DNA from: a virus
Taxonomy: Duplodnaviria; Caudoviricetes
Reading direction: 5' to 3' (one strand)
Virus record (IMG/VR): IMGVR_UViG_3300031864_000001
Span: 1-59,892 of that record
Length of the DNA stretch: 59,892 nt
Part shown: one piece after another, positions 9,248 through 16,671 of the stretch
Position numbering within the stretch: position 1 is the stretch's first letter
Layout of the letters: every line of letters starts with the position of its first letter
The notes under the pieces: model-generated
The model's input: only the letters and a program-made list of their open reading frames with translations
Told to the model about the DNA's origin: nothing
Databases searched by the model: none
Program-made: the position numbers and the translations under genes

Positions 9248-9918
9248 GTGCTTATTTCCTTTATCGCCTCCATAATCGGCTTTGCTGAATTCGCAATTTC
9301 ATCCATTTCTAAATATCGCTGATAAAGTTTAGGAAAATCAGACTTAAGTATTTCAATTCTTTTCTTGCCTGCATTTGGGCAGCAAAAACAAGATACACGA
9401 TTAAATACGTCATAAAGACCGCCCCAATTATAACCAAGGGATTTACAATAAGAGAGGGCATCGGACTCTGAAAATCCGTATTCTATGAGAGGGAAACGAA
9501 CGCGCCACTTTTTCTTATTAAATGATGGCCTTTTTGCCCTCTTAATTTCGTTAGTAGTATAACCAATACATTCTACCGTGCCATAAGTATATCGAATATA
9601 TTTATTACAATTATCTCTCTTAGCACCATTACACCATCCTGGGAGCCCTGGTTTTTTGTCTCCGGGCCAGCCCATCTTAGAAAGCATTTCATCAAAATAC
9701 CTGTAATGCCGGATCCGTATTATTTTTAATCCTGTCTTTTTTTGGACTTGTTTTATGTGATCTTCCATCTGTGGAAAATCCCACCCGGTCTCAAAAAACA
9801 AAATTTCATCTATCTGCTCACCCTTTTCGAGCATTAAATGAATCATAGCGGTTGAATCTTTTCCAAACGAAGATGAGATAATTACTTTTTTATTCATGTT
9901 CTTCTTCCCATTATCCAT
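9244..9918 (-). CDS. PAPS reductase family protein
   Basis: PP-loop SFGKDS, GWC, RFPL, RVSCFCCP. Confidence 0.85.
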   Translation of the reverse strand: MDNGKKNMNKKVIISSSFGKDSTAMIHLMLEKGEQIDEILFFETGWDFPQMEDHIKQVQKKTGLKIIRIRHYRYFDEMLSKMGWPGDKKPGLPGWCNGAKRDNCNKYIRYTYGTVECIGYTTNEIKRAKRPSFNKKKWRVRFPLIEYGFSESDALSYCKSLGYNWGGLYDVFNRVSCFCCPNAGKKRIEILKSDFPKLYQRYLEMDEIANSAKPIMEAIKEIST

Positions 9919-10498
9919 TTCCTTTATCGCCTTTCTCTAGCAACCTTAATCCGTATCTACAAATTTTTATTTGTAATTTTGTTCTGTCGGCGGCCCGGGC
10001 GGCATAGGCGGCATCGGCGGCGGCATAGGTGGCGGCATCGGCATAGGCGGCATAGGCGGCATGGGCGGCATAGGCCGCCCGTGCCGCCCGTGCGACATAG
10101 GCGGCGGCACAGGCGGCATAGGCGGCCCGGGCGGCATAGGCGGCGGCATAGGCGGCATGGGCGGCATCGGCGGCGGCATAGGCGGCCTCTTTATTCTTCT
10201 TGGTTGGGTTTTTAATATATTTTTCAACCGCCTTTATCGCTTTTCGTGGTCTATCATCATTAGGATATTCCTCTTCAAATAAACCCAATACCTGCTTTGC
10301 TGCATAAACCGCATAGCGCACCTTATCAATTCTCTTTAACTTTCGTGATAAAAACCAATTACCCCATTCTAATGGTTGATTTTCTTTTATAAGAGCCCTT
10401 AATAAGGCTCGTGGCTCTCTATTTTTCTGCGTGAGAAACCAGTCTATACCTTCCCAGCATGCTTGTTGCCCTATTAACCATCGTTTTGTAATAATCAT
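9911..10498 (-). CDS. Imm5-like protein with Ala-rich (AAYAAA) repeats
   Basis: EEYPNDDRPRKAI motif followed by AAY/AAD/AAR repeats; start moved to ATG 10498. Confidence 0.7.
   Translation of the reverse strand: MIITKRWLIGQQACWEGIDWFLTQKNREPRALLRALIKENQPLEWGNWFLSRKLKRIDKVRYAVYAAKQVLGLFEEEYPNDDRPRKAIKAVEKYIKNPTKKNKEAAYAAADAAHAAYAAAYAARAAYAACAAAYVARAARAAYAAHAAYAAYADAATYAAADAAYAARAADRTKLQIKICRYGLRLLEKGDKGNG
9988..10188. repeat. GC-rich 9/12-bp coding repeat (GGCGGCATA and variants)
   Basis: About 20 degenerate units seen directly. Confidence 0.9.
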
Positions 10499-10499
10499 T

Positions 10500-11744
10500 T
10501 TATATCCCCTGTTTTTGATTTCCTTCCTTTGAAGCATTGATCTCCTTAAAGGGTAAAACCGTCTGATCCAACCCTTTCGTTGACATTTCACAATATTCAG
10601 AGTTTAAATCTATCAATATCGCTTTCCGGTTGAGCCTTTTCGCTACCCTTGCAGTCGTCCCACTTCCGCCAAAAGGGTCTAAAACAGTATCCCCTATCCG
10701 TGAACCTGCTTTGATACATGGTTCTATTAGCTTCTCAGGAAAGACGGCAAAGTGGGCGCCTGGGAATTGCTGTGTAGCGATTGTCCAGACGGAGCGTTTG
10801 TTGCGACCTTTTTCTGGATTTACAAAAGTTTTTGACCTATACCACGATGGTTTGTCCGCTTTTATTTTTTCTGGTGATTCATTATTAAAATATTTACTAT
10901 GATTTTTGCCTTGAGTATGCCTGCCTGTTGCATTTCTTCCGTCATTTAATGTGCTTTCAGCTAATTCCTCCCTTATCGCATCCGCATCGTAATAATATTT
11001 CTGAGATTTAGTGAGCAGGAATAGATACTCATGGCTTCGGGTGGGCCTATCTGTTACACTTTCAGGCATGGGATTAGGCTTTGACCAGATAATATCAGAA
11101 CGCAACCACCAGCCATCGGCTTGAAGGGATAGGGCTACACGCCAAGGGATGCCTACAAGGTCTTTGGGTTTGAGGCCATTCACCGCCGGCATATTACCCC
11201 CGCCCCAACGGCCGCTTCCTCTTGGTATCCTTTTCCCTTTGGGTAGAACTTCAGCCCTATCTCTACGAAAAGATACGCTGCCCGGATTACTTGCATAACT
11301 ATCCCCCAAATTCAAAAAGCATACCCCATCCTTTTTCAGAACCCGCCGGACCTCCCTGAAAATATCGGTTAAATGTTTGATAAATAATTCCGGTGTGGGC
11401 TCAAGGCCCAGCGATCCACGCCATGCCCCACATAGTTGGCAGAATTGGCCTTGAGAAATATCTGTTTTATGAGGTCCATTGCCTTGATAGTTTCCTTTTC
11501 TTCCGCCTATGTCACGGCCTCCATCATTTCTACCGGCTTCGGATATTGTTTCATCTCCCCACTCATGCACACATCCATCAACCGAATCCCAAATCTGAGG
11601 CGGTAATCCATAATCCCTTAATCCCCAGTATGGAGGGCTAGTTACGCACATCTGGACGGATTCGGGTTCTAAATAAGGTAATTCATTCAGCACGTGGCCT
11701 TGAATAATTGTAATTCCGTTATGATCATAGTAAGGCTTAATCAT
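10500..11744 (-). CDS. DNA methyltransferase, N4-C/N6-A (beta class)
   Basis: VTSPPYWGLRDY catalytic motif, HFAVFP, VLDPFGGSGTT; start ATG 11744. Confidence 0.93.
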   Translation of the reverse strand: MIKPYYDHNGITIIQGHVLNELPYLEPESVQMCVTSPPYWGLRDYGLPPQIWDSVDGCVHEWGDETISEAGRNDGGRDIGGRKGNYQGNGPHKTDISQGQFCQLCGAWRGSLGLEPTPELFIKHLTDIFREVRRVLKKDGVCFLNLGDSYASNPGSVSFRRDRAEVLPKGKRIPRGSGRWGGGNMPAVNGLKPKDLVGIPWRVALSLQADGWWLRSDIIWSKPNPMPESVTDRPTRSHEYLFLLTKSQKYYYDADAIREELAESTLNDGRNATGRHTQGKNHSKYFNNESPEKIKADKPSWYRSKTFVNPEKGRNKRSVWTIATQQFPGAHFAVFPEKLIEPCIKAGSRIGDTVLDPFGGSGTTARVAKRLNRKAILIDLNSEYCEMSTKGLDQTVLPFKEINASKEGNQKQGI

Positions 11745-11884
11745 GTGCTTATTATCCTCAACTGCCCACAGCCGAGGCACTCGAACGCATTGCCCTTAAT
11801 GCGCCAATACATCCGCTCTCTCCGGCATATCCGGCAGTAAAGCCGCACAAAGCGCTGTGGTTTATTTGGGAGTACGGCCGCCAT
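11741..11884 (-). CDS. Small zinc-ribbon protein (47 aa, not in ORF track)
   Basis: MAAVLPNK...CRIC...CLGCG; GAGG RBS; ATGA-coupled to the MTase. Confidence 0.65.
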   Translation of the reverse strand: MAAVLPNKPQRFVRLYCRICRRERMYWRIKGNAFECLGCGQLRIIST

Positions 11885-11901
11885 TTATCCTCTTGCTATA
11901 T

Positions 11902-12522
11902 TTACTCGTCCTTACAGTTTTGCAAGAAACCATCAATATCCCCTTGGATTTGATCACGATACCCCAAGATTATAAGTACCCGAGCCAGTGCCTTCGCTTC
12001 CTTTAATGTCTCCCGAAAGATTTCAATAACCGATCTTCCTTTATATGTAAGGTCGTATACGTTTTGCGAGTGTCTTGGGGCTCGCGGCCCTTCTTCGGTT
12101 TTCTTGCGCGGCCGCCCCCTTTTTTTCTTCGGGTTTTCAGTTTTTCTTACAGTTATTTTAGATTTATTGCATATTGAACACTGATCTCTTATAAGTCCGT
12201 GCTCACAGCGCTCTTCCTCACCCTTCTTTTTATACCGTCTACAATTTATGTTACAGCCAGACATTGAGGTGTTTGCCCTTGCCGCACTGTCTAAGCATTC
12301 TTGATAATGTTCACAGTCCGTCATTCTCATGTTGTTCTTGTGCTCCCAATAGCCACCGATCCTTTTCGGTGGTAGGGCTCCTTTTGATTCAAGATCTTTA
12401 TAAATTCGTCGTACGGTCTCATTTGCAATTCCGACTATTTTTGATGTCTCTCTCTGGCTTTTTCCTTCCTTTAAGAGATTGACCGCTTGAAGATATTTCG
12501 GCTTTGATATAAAATTCGCCAT
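11902..12522 (-). CDS. HTH DNA-binding protein with Cys clusters and AT-hook-like motif
   Basis: GKSQRETSKIVGIANETVRRI HTH; CEHG...CSIC; KKRGRPRKK. Confidence 0.65.
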   Translation of the reverse strand: MANFISKPKYLQAVNLLKEGKSQRETSKIVGIANETVRRIYKDLESKGALPPKRIGGYWEHKNNMRMTDCEHYQECLDSAARANTSMSGCNINCRRYKKKGEEERCEHGLIRDQCSICNKSKITVRKTENPKKKRGRPRKKTEEGPRAPRHSQNVYDLTYKGRSVIEIFRETLKEAKALARVLIILGYRDQIQGDIDGFLQNCKDE

Positions 12523-12652
12523 TTATTGACTTCCTGCATTTTTGCTCGTTTCTCTTATAAAACCCACGCCAATCACTTCCTTTAATGTGGGAGCGATGAT
12601 TTTTGACCTTGGGCATCCTGTTATTTTTCCTCTTGGGCTTCACGCTGATTCC

Positions 12653-13021
12653 TTAAAAAATAAACCCTCGTGGATAAGGATCTTTATCTTCCGTGATATA
12701 ATGAATCGGCTTACCCAGTGAGGCCGCCGTAATAATTTCCATTTCCACACCCTTTGATTCTTCCCATCCGTCTAATTGTAAGACCCAGAGCTCATCACAA
12801 TCCCTTAAAAACGCGAGGTCTTGAATAAGCCAAAACTTATAATTTGTTTTATTGTCTGGTCTGGTATATAGCGATATAGGGTGACTGTGGCTTATAGGAC
12901 TGAAGACTGCATATCCTTGTTGCATAAGTTCGGCAGCCTTTTTGTTTGCCTCTTCAAACCTCTTTACCCTTATGGCCGGATCTTTATGTTTGTATGGACA
13001 AGCCAGATATATTTTTGTCAT
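12653..13021 (-). CDS. DUF1937/nucleoside deoxyribosyltransferase-like protein
   Basis: KIYLACPY, VFSPISHSH, CDELWVL.LDGWEESKGV.MEI. Confidence 0.8.
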   Translation of the reverse strand: MTKIYLACPYKHKDPAIRVKRFEEANKKAAELMQQGYAVFSPISHSHPISLYTRPDNKTNYKFWLIQDLAFLRDCDELWVLQLDGWEESKGVEMEIITAASLGKPIHYITEDKDPYPRGFIF

Positions 13022-13088
13022 TCCCCACCCTCCCCAACATCCCATCCATCATTGGTTGTAGTCATGCAGTTGGATTATTCGGAGCCTG

Positions 13089-13268
13089 TTATCCATTGTC
13101 TTTTCCTTGATTAAGGGCTTTTTCTGTAACATTAAAACCCTCCTCCAAATTATCAGCGATAACTTGGAGTAAACTACTTAATGATCTTTTTCCTTCCTGA
13201 AATTCGTAAAAGGCATTGTTGTCAGCCCTTAAATGGCCTTTAATCTTGATTTTGAGTAGATCGTTCAT
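13089..13268 (-). CDS. Hypothetical protein (59 aa, not in ORF track)
   Basis: Manual translation MNDLLKIKIKG...QGKDNG; fills an operon gap. Confidence 0.5.
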   Translation of the reverse strand: MNDLLKIKIKGHLRADNNAFYEFQEGKRSLSSLLQVIADNLEEGFNVTEKALNQGKDNG

Positions 13269-13515
13269 TTTCTTGTGGTTTCATAAAATGATACATTTTC
13301 ATTAATTCATGGTTTATCCAGGCATCCCTTGCCTTTTGTAAACAAGTTGCCAACCCATCTTCCCTGTTATGCCAAAACTGACAAAGTTCTTTTTCGTTTA
13401 TCCTAAGAGAATATCTACACCTGCCAGTAGGCTTGGGATTCTTAGTTATGTTGACTATTGCTATCATTCCATTTACGCTGTAATATCGTTCTGTATTATA
13501 ACGGCAACAAAGCAT
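13240..13515 (-). CDS. Hypothetical protein
   Basis: ORF in operon orientation; true start possibly 13467. Confidence 0.55.
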   Translation of the reverse strand: MLCCRYNTERYYSVNGMIAIVNITKNPKPTGRCRYSLRINEKELCQFWHNREDGLATCLQKARDAWINHELMKMYHFMKPQENERSTQNQD

Positions 13516-13555
13516 TCGGGATTTTCAGCAAATGTTGAAATAGGTGAATTTGCCA

Positions 13556-13843
13556 TTATTCCTCCAGCTCAAATATAATTTCCTCTTCTGGATATTCTTC
13601 TTCTATCCTCCGATAATACTCTTCTTCCTCTCTGATATACTTTTCCCAAAATTCAGCATCATCCTCTTTTTCAGGGAGTAGGGCTTTTAAAATGGCGGAT
13701 TTAATAAAACTGGAACGACTAAGAGAAAGGCTTTTATTGACCCTTTCATCAACAAGCTGGACTATCCAGCCAGGGAGAGAAACCGGTACATTTTCAGATT
13801 TGTCGTTGTTCATTTTTGGTATTGACTTTATGTCCCAAAACAA
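13556..13843 (-). CDS. Ribbon-helix-helix regulator (CII-position gene)
   Basis: VPVSLP...LVDE...SRSSFIKSAI RHH signature; acidic tail. Confidence 0.7.
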   Translation of the reverse strand: MFWDIKSIPKMNNDKSENVPVSLPGWIVQLVDERVNKSLSLSRSSFIKSAILKALLPEKEDDAEFWEKYIREEEEYYRRIEEEYPEEEIIFELEE

Positions 13844-13917
13844 TGATATTGGGCAGGACAGGTTCAGGTTGCCGTCTGATTTAACTGTCCTGCCCTGTGG
13901 GGCACGGTGGCCCCGTG

Positions 13918-14106
13918 TTATTTCTTGTAAAGCAGTTCCATGCGAGAAACTTCTCCATCTGTCGCCCTTTCAATTCGTTCTGCATTTTCTGGGGACAAAC
14001 GCCGACCAGCAAGATAACGGCTGATAACAGAGGGTGAAATGGAGTGTTTTAAGGCCCAAGGTGTGGGCTTAAATTCGTTTTTGGCTAAATAAGTTTTGAG
14101 ATTCAT
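13918..14106 (-). CDS. Cro-like HTH regulator
   Basis: MNLKTYL...SPSVISRYLAGRRLSPENAERIERATDGEVSRMEL; first gene of the leftward arm. Confidence 0.85.
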   Translation of the reverse strand: MNLKTYLAKNEFKPTPWALKHSISPSVISRYLAGRRLSPENAERIERATDGEVSRMELLYKK

Positions 14107-14112
14107 GGGGGT

Positions 14113-14141
14113 ATAATTGCACAGATGAAAGAAAATGTCAA
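14113..14141 (-). promoter_or_regulatory. Leftward early promoter (TTGACA-N17-AATTAT)
   Basis: Perfect -35 at 14136-14141; TG-extended -10; overlapped by an operator-like site. Confidence 0.65.
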
Positions 14142-14472
14142 GAGGGAAAATGCACTTTTGCAATTAGTGGAAAGACGTATGTTTCAGTTAGAAGTAAACA
14201 CTAATTCAGAACCAGAAAAGCCTTATCTATCTACCCACATATGAAGGCTGTCTGTGAAAGGGCAAATGAATTAGCTGAAAAGCAAATCCCACCGATAGAG
14301 TGTTTACAAATAATGATTAACCTCTTAAATGGATTTCTTATCGAGTTTAAGGCAATCCCACCGCAAAAAGACAAGTCCTAATATCCTGAAATTCCCATAA
14401 AAGTATTTTTTTTGAAAAAATAATTGCATTTCTGCATTTTGGGGGTTGACTTTTAATTTCGCTTATGCAATA
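14115..14472. promoter_or_regulatory. Four operator-like sites (AAAATGCA-N4-TGCAATT)
   Basis: 14147-14165 and 14422-14440 (inverted) share both arms; weaker copies at 14115-14133 and 14454-14472. Confidence 0.7.
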
Positions 14473-14474
14473 CT
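14446..14474 (+). promoter_or_regulatory. Rightward early promoter (TTGACT-N17-AATACT)
   Basis: Sigma70-like hexamers, TG extension, AT-rich upstream region. Confidence 0.7.
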
Positions 14475-14800
14475 GTCCCCGAACAATCAAAGGATCGCAC
14501 CTTATCTGCCCAGCTTGTCGCACTAAATAAGAAGGAAACAACTTTTTCCTTAAAAAATTTAACCTTCAGCGACGGCCAGGGCGGAGGGTGCGTGAAGCCA
14601 AACCTCGAAGCCGCGAGTCCTTAATGCCATAAAGAGCATAGGCCGGATCTGATAGGGGAGGCGAGGAAGAGAAAGAGACTTATCGAATTTCCCGGGGATC
14701 TCCCGGGTGGTAGCGGGGCGCAATTCAGAATCATCAAATCTTAGAGCAACCTTTCTGCTCCCTCCGGGGCAATCGGAAACCTGTGAGTAAAGGAGGGGAG

Positions 14801-15112
14801 ATGACAGAACATACGAAATTACCGTGGAAAATAGATGAAGAATTGGAAGGGGAAGTAATTCTTGGTCCTGATGATTGCATGGTAGCTGATTGTGCAATAG
14901 TTGACATGTCTTCTCGCATGACTTCTCGGCGACCTCAAGAAGTTAACAAAGCCAATGTTAAATTTATCGTAAAGGCTTGTAATTCCCATCACATCTTATT
15001 AGGGGCCTGTGAAAGAGTATTAAGAGCATGTAAAAATTCTGTGCTTCCACGGGACATAATACGTGCGGATATGGAGAATGTTATTGCTAAGGTCACAGGA
15101 AACAGTAAGTAG
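14801..15112 (+). CDS. Phage early hypothetical protein
   Basis: Strong RBS AAAGGAGG; HT.LPW and ANVKFIVKACN motifs common in phage early genes. Confidence 0.75.
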   Translation: MTEHTKLPWKIDEELEGEVILGPDDCMVADCAIVDMSSRMTSRRPQEVNKANVKFIVKACNSHHILLGACERVLRACKNSVLPRDIIRADMENVIAKVTGNSK

Positions 15113-15118
15113 CGGTGT

Positions 15119-15193
15119 CGCGGCGTAGAGCAGCAGTAGCTCGCCAGGCCCATAACCTGGAGGTCCCCGGTGCAATTCCGGGCGCCGCTACCA
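15119..15193 (+). tRNA. tRNA-Met(CAT), initiator-like
   Basis: Acceptor CGCGGCG/CGCCGCT with 1:72 mismatch; anticodon arm CCAGG-CCCATAA-CCTGG; T arm CCCGG-TGCAATT-CCGGG; encoded CCA. Confidence 0.92.
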
Positions 15194-15204
15194 AGTTCTT
15201 TGAA

Positions 15205-15465
15205 ATGCTTGCGGGTGCATCGAGGGCATTCTTTCGGTGAGAACATTGTTCAAGAATCCCTGCCGTAACCATAAGAACACGGTGTGTAGAATGAGCGACC
15301 TGGACACCCGCAAGAACAATCGTGTGCTGATAGTAGAAAACCAGAGAAAAGACTCTCGCATGTAGTCGCAGGATTGGTCGTCAGTTAATCATGCCAACAG
15401 AGACGTGCTACCAGCACACACTCCCGGCGAACGGCCTCCGTGACCAGAGAGGGTTATACGGGCTA
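15205..15465 (+). ncRNA. Putative structured RNA domains after the tRNA
   Basis: Closing stems CTTGCGGGTG/CACCCGCAAG and GTGTGCTG/CAGCACAC with internal stems; no ORF. Confidence 0.5.
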
Positions 15466-15510
15466 ATAGGGAACTTATTATGAATTTACAACTAAAAAGG
15501 AGAAGAAGAA

Positions 15511-15732
15511 ATGCCAGAAGAAAAATTGTACATTGGAGCAAAGCTTATTCTTGCTTATCCCCTTGATGAGTGTTCGTTTCTGAAAGAGTTCAAGGGACAA
15601 AATGTAACAAACCGTGAAACAAGACCTGGATATTTTGTAAAATACCCAGATGGATATACATCCTGGTCACCAAAAGAAACATTTGAAATTGCGTACCGAG
15701 AGGTAACGGAGTCCGAAAAGAGGATGATTTAA
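15511..15732 (+). CDS. Small conserved phage protein (SWSPK..FE.AY domain)
   Basis: YIGAKLILA...GYFVKYPDGYTSWSPKETFEIAY; this domain is often fused to DUF2829. Confidence 0.75.
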   Translation: MPEEKLYIGAKLILAYPLDECSFLKEFKGQNVTNRETRPGYFVKYPDGYTSWSPKETFEIAYREVTESEKRMI

Positions 15733-15852
15733 AAGGCTCCCCCAGCGATTTTGAAACAGAAATTGAAGACCCAAAACATTTTTTTATTCAAAATGAAATT
15801 GAGAATCAAAACCATGTCTACGTCGGCACTCCACCGTTTTAGGAGGGGTTTT

Positions 15853-15930
15853 ATGACAACCGAAATCCTCAAAGCCTTATGCGTCCTCTGGCTTCTGGCC
15901 GTGGGAATCTTAATCCTGGGGGTCTTATGA
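15853..15930 (+). CDS. 25-aa membrane peptide
   Basis: RBS AGGAGG; MTTEILKALCVLWLLAVGILILGVL. Confidence 0.6.
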   Translation: MTTEILKALCVLWLLAVGILILGVL

Positions 15931-16040
15931 GAGATATTTGTATCTTTATATCCGATCACATTACATGGATTGGGCCAGCGGCAATATTGGTTATCATATA
16001 TTTCCTGGCCCTGTTAATCGAAGAGATCAAAAAGGGGTAG
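15927..16040 (+). CDS. 37-aa membrane peptide
   Basis: ATGA-coupled; MRDICIFISDHITWIGPAAILVIIYFLALLIEEIKKG. Confidence 0.55.
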   Translation: MRDICIFISDHITWIGPAAILVIIYFLALLIEEIKKG

Positions 16041-16042
16041 CC

Positions 16043-16273
16043 ATGAAATCAAAAAAAGTCAGGGTATGCGTTTATATCTTTGGGGTACTCGCAAAAGACG
16101 AAACATGGGAAATCTGCCGTAAGTCTTTTAATAAATTACTGAACAAAATTCCACGGGATAGGCTGAAAAAGAGAGCGCAGGGACTTCAAATATCTTCCTG
16201 GGGCTCCAAGCAGGACGTTATTGACCGCATATATAGGGATCCGCGAACGTGTACGATAATAGCAAGGATATGA
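16043..16273 (+). CDS. SAP-like domain protein
   Basis: LKKRAQGLQISSWGSKQDVIDRI; start moved to ATG 16043. Confidence 0.55.
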   Translation: MKSKKVRVCVYIFGVLAKDETWEICRKSFNKLLNKIPRDRLKKRAQGLQISSWGSKQDVIDRIYRDPRTCTIIARI

Positions 16274-16274
16274 A

Positions 16275-16493
16275 ATGTCCGACTTTATCCATTTAATGGG
16301 GGCAGAAGATGTGTCAAGGGCTGGATCGGCTATGCGACAAGCCGCTGAAGAGATGCGATCTACCGCCTCTATGATTGAGGATTCGCTACAAAGGCATAGA
16401 ATATTTTTAGATGAATGGCTTTTTAGGTTTGAGGAAGCCATGAAGGAGGATCGAAATGGAAGGGACAATAAAAATCAGCAAAGAGGAAGTTAG
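16275..16493 (+). CDS. Hypothetical protein
   Basis: Helical 72-aa ORF with RBS. Confidence 0.7.
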   Translation: MSDFIHLMGAEDVSRAGSAMRQAAEEMRSTASMIEDSLQRHRIFLDEWLFRFEEAMKEDRNGRDNKNQQRGS

Positions 16494-16671
16494 GGAAATG
16501 GTAACGGATTGGGTAAAGAACAAGGCTTTAACCACGGGCAATATAATAATTAATCAGATTAAAATCGATGGATATGCCAACAGAGAACCCGCACTGGAAA
16601 TTGAATTTACAAACCAACCATTAACACCACCCATAGAACCCAAGGAGGTTCAAGATGGAAATCAAACTTAA
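16456..16671 (+). CDS. Hypothetical protein
   Basis: RBS AAGGAGG; overlapping operon gene. Confidence 0.7.
   Translation: MEGTIKISKEEVREMVTDWVKNKALTTGNIIINQIKIDGYANREPALEIEFTNQPLTPPIEPKEVQDGNQT

Noticed and set aside
9967-10282. Pro/Met-, Arg/His- and Gly-rich ORFs
   Set aside because: Alternative-frame shadows of the GCC-rich Ala repeat
14241-14381. 46-aa ORF as CI repressor
   Set aside because: Too short; no HTH or peptidase motif
15334-15380. Hairpin ribozyme (AGAA...ACCAGAGAAA)
   Set aside because: The opposing loop B strand GUAUAUUAC is absent
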